Shown here in pieces: positions 20,521-26,208 of a DNA stretch of 26,208 nucleotides. The notes below the pieces were generated by a model that was given only the letters and a program-made list of their open reading frames with translations, was not told where the DNA came from and ran no database searches. Every line of letters starts with the position of its first letter. Position 1 is the first letter of the stretch. This stretch comes from Octopus sinensis (Eukaryota). The translations under genes were made by a program, and so were the position numbers. The stretch lies in contig NW_021835602.1 in assembly GCF_006345805.1 (NCBI RefSeq), forward strand, positions 1 to 26,208, in the 5' to 3' direction.

Positions 20521-21912
20521 CATACATACATACATACATGCATACATACATACATACATACATACATACATACATACATGCATGCATGCATACATACATA
20601 CATACATGCATACATACATACATACATACATACATACATACATACATACATACATGCATGCATACATACATACATACATGCATACATACATACATGCATA
20701 CATACATACATACATACATACATACATACATACATACATACATACATACATACATACATGCATACATACATACATACATACATACATACATACATACATA
20801 CATACATACATGCATACATACATACATACATACATACATACTATACATACATACATACATACATACATGCATGCATGCATACATACATACATACATGCAT
20901 ACATACATACATACATACATACATACATACATACATACATACATACATACATGCATGCATACATACATACATACATACATACATACATACATACATGCAT
21001 GCATGCATGCATACATACATACATGCATGCATACATACATACATACATACATACATACATACATACATACATACATGCATGCATACATACATACATACAT
21101 ACATACATACATACATACATGCATGCATACATACATACATACATGCATACATACATACATACATACATACATACATGCATGCATGCATGCATGCATGCAT
21201 ACATACATACATACATACATACATACATACATGCATGCATGCATACATACATACATACATGCATACATACATACATACATACATACATACATACATACAT
21301 ACATACATACATACATACATACATACATACATACATACATACATACATACATGCATGCATACATACATACATACATACATACATACATACATGCATGCAT
21401 GCATACATACATGCATGCATGCATACATACATACATACATACATACATACATACATACATACATACATGCATGCATACATACATACATACATACATACAT
21501 ACATACATACATGCATGCATGCATGCATACATACATACATACATACATACATACATACACATACATACATACATACATACATACATACATACATACATAC
21601 ATACATACATACATACATACATACATACATACATGCATACATACATACATACATACATACATACATACATACATGCATGCATACATACATACATGCATAC
21701 ATACATACATACATACATACATACATACATACATACATACATACATACATACATGCATGCATACATACATACATACATACATGCATACATACATACATAC
21801 ATGCATGCATGCATGCATGCATACATACATACATACATACATACATACATACATACATACATACATACATACATACATACATACATACATACATACATAC
21901 ACATTACATACA
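20521..21912. repeat. ~1.39-kb (CATA)n array with interspersed (CATG) units
   Basis: Direct reading; source of the 370-490-aa YVCM/HTYI ORFs. Confidence 0.99.
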
Positions 21913-21991
21913 TATGTAATGTGAAGAAACAAAAGACCTGGTAATTCAGTCTGCAAACATGACTCCGATTTTGTTTCTTCACATTACATAT
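21912..21991. repeat. Perfect 23-bp inverted repeat, 34-nt spacer
   Basis: ATATGTAATGTGAAGAAACAAAA (21912-34) / TTTTGTTTCTTCACATTACATAT (21969-91). Confidence 0.92.
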
Positions 21992-22094
21992 TTATATCTG
22001 ACGTCTCAAGTTACTCTCGAGCTCTTCTAAGTTCAAACTTCTACATTGTGAGAGAATTTCTAATCAATCTTCTTTCTCAAAACAATTATACAAA

Positions 22095-22258
22095 CATACA
22101 TAGGTAAATACATACATACATACATACAGACATTCATACAGACATACATACAGACGTACATACAGACATACATACAGACATACATACAGACATACATACA
22201 GACAGACAGACAGACAGACATACATATGTGTATAGACATACATACACACACACACACA
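22095..22258. repeat. Compound (CATA)/(CAGA)/(CA)n microsatellite
   Basis: Direct reading. Confidence 0.9.
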
Positions 22259-22260
22259 TA

Positions 22261-23280
22261 CACGAGGCTGAGTCAAAAATTATATGCACTTCTGTGTCTG
22301 TAATTTACTAAAACAAAAACAGAGGTTGAACAATTACATCATTTTTCGACATAGCCTCTTTGCTTTTCCATGCATTTCTTCCAGTAGTCCACCAGTGTGC
22401 ATCTTGTTGCATTGGAGAAGAAGGTTTTCAGCTGATCGCGCGGCCATTTTTGCGCCGTTTACTGCGCTTCGTCGGTAACCAATCAACAATTTCGTAAATG
22501 ATGTTTGAGTGGTCTAAAGAGGTGGTAGACGGAAGGAGCGAGATCTTGATTGTATACAGGGTATTTCTGCAACACGAAACCCGATTTCTCAACGGTTACG
22601 ACGGTGTGGGCGGCTGTATGTGAGCGTACATTGATGTGCAACAATAGTACTTACTTTGACAACAGACCTCGGCGTTTGGTGCAAATTGTTGGTTTCAGTT
22701 TGTGGGCCGGCATTTCACTGTAGCCTACCTGGTGGCTAGAGACCCTTTTTCATGTAATGTTCCAGTATAGGCCCTTTTGAGTCCCCCAAAACTGTTAACA
22801 TTTTTTCTGCGGAAGCTTCATTCTTTTTTTATTTATTTCTCCCTGGCAACTCCGGGTGCTTCCATTCCATTCTCTGCCTTTTGGATCCTGGTTCAAAGTA
22901 ATGGATCCAGGTTTCATGTCGTAGACGATTTCGTACGAAGAACCATGACTAATTTGCAGAGAACATGCCACCTCACCTATGGTCACTCGCCGGTTCGCCA
23001 GAAGCATCTCTCTTAAACTTGTTGAATTTTCACGTCAGTGGTAGAGGTTGATGCGCGTCTTTCTCCTTCGTACTTCACGCTTGTCCTGCCATTTTTAAAC
23101 TTCTTGATCCACTCATACACACTTCTATATGGTAGAACACTATCCCTGTATTGTACCGAAAGCCTGCGAGGAATTGCAGCCCCTGACACACCTTCAGACC
23201 AGAGAAATTAGATCACCGATCTCCGTTCTTCTTTGGTGCACATTGCATAAATGGAAAGAGTTTCAGAATAACTGTGATTT
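22261..23280 (-). mobile_element. Decayed mariner (DD34D) transposon with internal deletion; 3' TIR present, 5' TIR not found
   Basis: MCTKEERRSVI*FLWSEG...YEWIKKFKNGRTSV (ATG 23243), RRVTIGEVACSLQISHGS, DETWIHY, MLTV..D, LLH(I)NVRSHTAAHT...YNQDLAPS(V)YHLFRPLK with 34-residue spacing (both aspartates mutated). TA at 22259-60 next to CACGAGGCTGAGTCAAAAA. Confidence 0.88.
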
Positions 23281-23296
23281 ATTTAAAATGGTTTCA

Positions 23297-23490
23297 AATT
23301 TTGGTACAATACCAGCTAATTTAATGGGGTAAGGCGATTACATTTATCCCAGAGTTTAACTGGTATTTATTCTATCAACCTTGAAAGGAAGGAAAGTAAA
23401 GTCGACCTCGGCGGAATTTGAACTTAGCCGAAAGAAACGTCGATAAGCAGATTGTTCGATGCACTAACGATTCTACTAGTTCAGCGCCTT
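23297..23490 (-). mobile_element. SINE family B, near full length
   Basis: Head AAGGCGCTGAACTAGTAGAATCGTTAGTGC, B box GTTCAAATTCC (23413-23), body GTCGACTTT...GATAGAATAAATACCAG. Confidence 0.82.
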
Positions 23491-23724
23491 GAGGCTTATC
23501 TAAAATAAAATCGTCTGTTCTAGATTTCCATCATCTAAGAGAATAACTCCCGCCAACAACTTCCGGTTCAATTTATTCTCACAGGAAGTCTGTATGTGGT
23601 CGCACGACATGCTAGAAAATGCACCTAAATATTGCTCATTTCCAACTCAATTTACGATGAAAGACAAAAATGATTCTGAAAAAAAGATCCCATGAAGGAC
23701 AAATAGGTAAGAATAATACTTGAT

Positions 23725-23864
23725 TGATATATTTATTGACCTCAGAAAGATAAAAGTGAATTTTGACCACGATGAGATTTGAACTCAGAGTATATAGAGT
23801 CATAACAAATAATACAAGGCCTTCTTCTATCCGACGCTGTAACAACTCTGCCACTTCGTTGCCT
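23725..23864 (-). mobile_element. Old SINE family B fragment
   Basis: TATTTATTGACC..GAAAGATAAAAG...GATTTGAACTCAGAG...CCGACGCTGTAACAACTCTGCCA. Confidence 0.55.
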
Positions 23865-24114
23865 CAAATTATATCTGACGCCGTCGGAAGTTCAAAACCT
23901 GGTTGAAACAGTTTTGATTATAAAACTGTCCGATTTGACATGGGACTCAACAACAACAAGAACAACAGTTATGTTCTGGAGATCGACTTTATCAACTTCC
24001 CCACCCCCACTCCATACACACACCTTCCTCACAAAATGTGAGACATTATCATTGACCGCTTCCTCCAGTCTATGGACTGTGACGATGTTGGATCGCCACC
24101 TTCAAAATCGGCTA

Positions 24115-24152
24115 TTTTTCTATCGGTCTCTTTTGCCAAACTGCTAAGACAC
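24115..24152 (-). mobile_element. Short internal SINE family A fragment
   Basis: TTCTATCGGTCTCTTTTGCCAAACTGCTAAG matches the family A body. Confidence 0.6.
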
Positions 24153-24171
24153 GAAGACAAAAGAAAGCATG

Positions 24172-24221
24172 TGCATCGACTGGAAATCGAACCCGGGCTG
24201 CCCGCATGGCACGAGAACATT
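24172..24221 (-). pseudogene. tRNA-Gly(GCC) 3' fragment (anticodon arm, T arm, 3' acceptor strand)
   Basis: Minus strand AATGTTCTCG-TGCCATGCGGGCAGCCCGGGTTCGATTTCCAGTCGATGCA closely follows the metazoan tRNA-Gly(GCC) 3' sequence as recalled. GCC at 24210-24208. 5' acceptor strand and D arm absent. Confidence 0.8.
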
Positions 24222-24681
24222 ATGGTAGTTCTTTCTTTCAATCAATATTCAAATTATAAAAAATAACGATAGAGAGACGATTAAAGATTAAAGATTAAAG
24301 ATTACGAGACAAAATGCAGAGTTCAATGATGTCATTACACGCTCTAGATTCCCATCTTAACGGGATCATCTCTGTGATGAGTAATAAACTGAGTACCAGT
24401 TATACACTGAGGTCGTTTCAATCAGCTAACCACACTCAGCAACAGAAGTGAGCCTAACACCTTACCTTTGTATAATCGCTTCATTTGCTATACTAAAAAC
24501 AGCAGCTAAATCTCCCTCAAATCACACCGTCGTTATCTTAAAATAAGAGGACACGTAAGTTAATATGGGCTACTAACAAGATGGGATGTTCACGGCTGGA
24601 AGGCTTTTTATTGAACAGAGTTGATCAGGGACAAAAGATTAACAACGATTGATAGGATTCAACCAATGACTCATCTTTCTG

Positions 24682-25334
24682 CACCGGCAAATGTGTGTGT
24701 GCGTGTGTGTGTGTACGTGTGTGTGTGTTTACGCATGTGTGTGCTCATGTGTGTGTGCATGTGTATGTGTGTGTATGTGTATGTGTGTACGTGCGTGTGT
24801 ATGTGTGTGTGAATGTATATGTGCGCGTGTGTGTGTTTACGCGTGTGTGTGTCTTCGTGTGTGTGTGCATGTATGTATACGCGCGTGTGTGTGCGTACGC
24901 GTGTGTGCGTACGCGTGTGTGCGTGTGTGTACGTGCGTGTGTGTGAGCGTGTGTGAGTGCATTGTGTGTATGTGTGTGTGTGTGTGCGTACGCGTGTGTG
25001 CGTGTGTGTTCGTGCGTGTGTGTGTGTGTGTAGGGGTACGTGTATGTATACGTCTATATATGTGTGTACGCGTGTGTGTATGTACGTCTGTGTGTATGTA
25101 TGTCTATGTGTGTGTGTGCATGTGTGTGTGCATGTGTGTGTGCGTGTGTGAGTGCATTGTGTGTGTACGTGCGTTTGTGTGCGTACGGGTGGGTGTGGGG
25201 GGTGCGCGCACGTGTGTGTGTATACGTCTATGTATGTGTGTACGTGTGTGTGTACGTCTGTGTGTGTATATCTATGTGCCTGTGTGTGTGTTGTGTGTGT
25301 GCGTGAGTGTGTGTGTGCGTGTGCATGTATGTAT
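24682..25334. repeat. Degenerate (TG)n-derived array with internal higher-order duplications
   Basis: Direct reading; source of the VC-rich ORFs. Confidence 0.93.
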
Positions 25335-25676
25335 AAGTTACTCTTAGAGGCCACTCACCAGTGTTTCCGTTTTGTTTACTCTTTGGTGACATTTACAAAA
25401 GAATATCTTATCGCCACAGCTCGTGAGATAATCAAGGAGTTTGAACTGGGTACCAAGCAGTCTGTCCCTCTTCCATTTCTACTTATTCTTGTCGAAGATA
25501 TTGTATTTGTAAATGAGTGAGTGAGAACGTGACTGTCTGCGTGGTAAATATGGTGCTCTCGCTCACTGTGAGGCGATTATAAAGATCGCGCTAAAGAAAA
25601 CGCTGAGGATTGTGGAGCAAGACCTATCTTGATAGCCGAGGTGAAACTTTGGTTAGTGGGTTAAAATGATTGTTGC

Positions 25677-25778
25677 TACATACATACGTACATACACACA
25701 TACATACGTTCGTACGTGCGCACACACAACACATACATACATATATACATACATATATATATATATATAATTTTTATA

Positions 25779-25815
<37 letters not shown>

Positions 25816-25821
25816 TATACC

Positions 25822-25863
<42 letters not shown>

Positions 25864-25890
25864 TATACTATATATATTATATATATTATA
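25677..25890. repeat. (CATA)/(TA)n tract with repeated (TA)nATTTTTATAC units
   Basis: Direct reading. Confidence 0.88.
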
Positions 25891-25952
25891 TTGATAAAAC
25901 GGTAAGATAACAAAGAAAGAAAGACCTCAAATTTATGTAAATAGAGGAAATT

Positions 25953-26097
25953 TATCTATACAATATGTTACATTCTCGGTAGTCAAGATAAAAATCTAGC
26001 CAGATAACCGAAGAGATGTGTTTTGGATTTCCACTTCGGCATCTGAAACTCAGAGTTTTATCTTGACTACCGAGTAATGTAACATATTGTATAGATA
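25953..26097. mobile_element. 41/42-bp inverted repeat (62-nt spacer) enclosing an HHR; PLE-end-like
   Basis: TATCTATACAATATGTTACATT-CTCGGTAGTCAAGATAAAA (25953-93) vs TTTTATCTTGACTACCGAGTAATGTAACATATTGTATAGATA (26056-97); one indel. Confidence 0.85.
26002..26063 (+). ncRNA. Type I hammerhead-like motif, C4 variant core
   Basis: Helix I AGATAA (26002-07) / TTATCT (26058-63); core CCGAAGA (26008-14); helix II GATGT / GCATC; extra T (26044); GAAA (26045-48); helix III ACTC-A-GAGT; GUU triplet, cut after T26057. Confidence 0.65.
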
Positions 26098-26120
26098 TAT
26101 ATATATATATATATATATAT

Positions 26121-26208
26121 AGGTATAAAAATTAATTAAAAAGGGACAAGAACGTGAAATACACAAAGAGACGACACAAAAAACGGATGGGTCATTCGAA
26201 GCCTTTAA
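26121..26208 (+). repeat. Interspersed repeat family C, 5' part (runs off the window)
   Basis: Aligns to 11155-11245. Confidence 0.65.

Noticed and set aside
20494-21982. 370-490-aa ORFs (YVCM / HTYI repeats)
   Set aside because: Translations of the stop-free (CATA/CATG)n array; not genes.
24671-25354. 200+-aa VC- and HT-rich ORFs
   Set aside because: Translations of the degenerate (TG)n array.
25350-25520. Open stretch YKLLLEATHQ...EDIVFVNE* as a possible Penelope ORF end
   Set aside because: No GIY-YIG or RT motif can be matched with confidence.
25603-25660. CTGAGGA ... GAAACTTTGGTT hammerhead-like spacing before a microsatellite
   Set aside because: No credible helix II, and helix I cannot form without assuming a deletion. 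At best a decayed relic.

Overview
Eukaryotic, repeat-saturated non-coding DNA: about 26 kb of microsatellites, SINEs and decayed transposons, probably intronic or intergenic. The SINE families and extreme (TA)/(TG)/(CATA)/(GATA) microsatellite load point to an octopod cephalopod (inference from recall, not searched). No intact host gene is recognisable, and most long ORFs in the track are microsatellite artefacts. Main content: (1) A 3.8-kb frameshifted L1/Tx1-clade LINE (APE endonuclease, RT, CCHC knuckle) on the minus strand, with no ORF1 and no poly(A) tail, embedded in a (GATA)n array on both sides. (2) Several unrelated non-coding units carrying type-I hammerhead-ribozyme (HHR) motifs of the Penelope-like-element (PLE) type. 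They have palindromic helix III, mostly sit in long inverted repeats, and end about 32-55 nt downstream of the predicted cleavage site at a microsatellite. Two have canonical cores (9619-9709, 12864-12955), a pair has a U3-A8 covariant core (12094-12130, 12303-12339), one has a C4 variant core (26002-26063), and others are decayed. (3) Remnants of two maT-like and one mariner DNA transposon, an L2/CR1-type RT fragment, three tRNA-derived SINE families, a tRNA-Gly fragment and a 1.4-kb (CATA/CATG)n array. All structures were read by eye; none were computed or searched.
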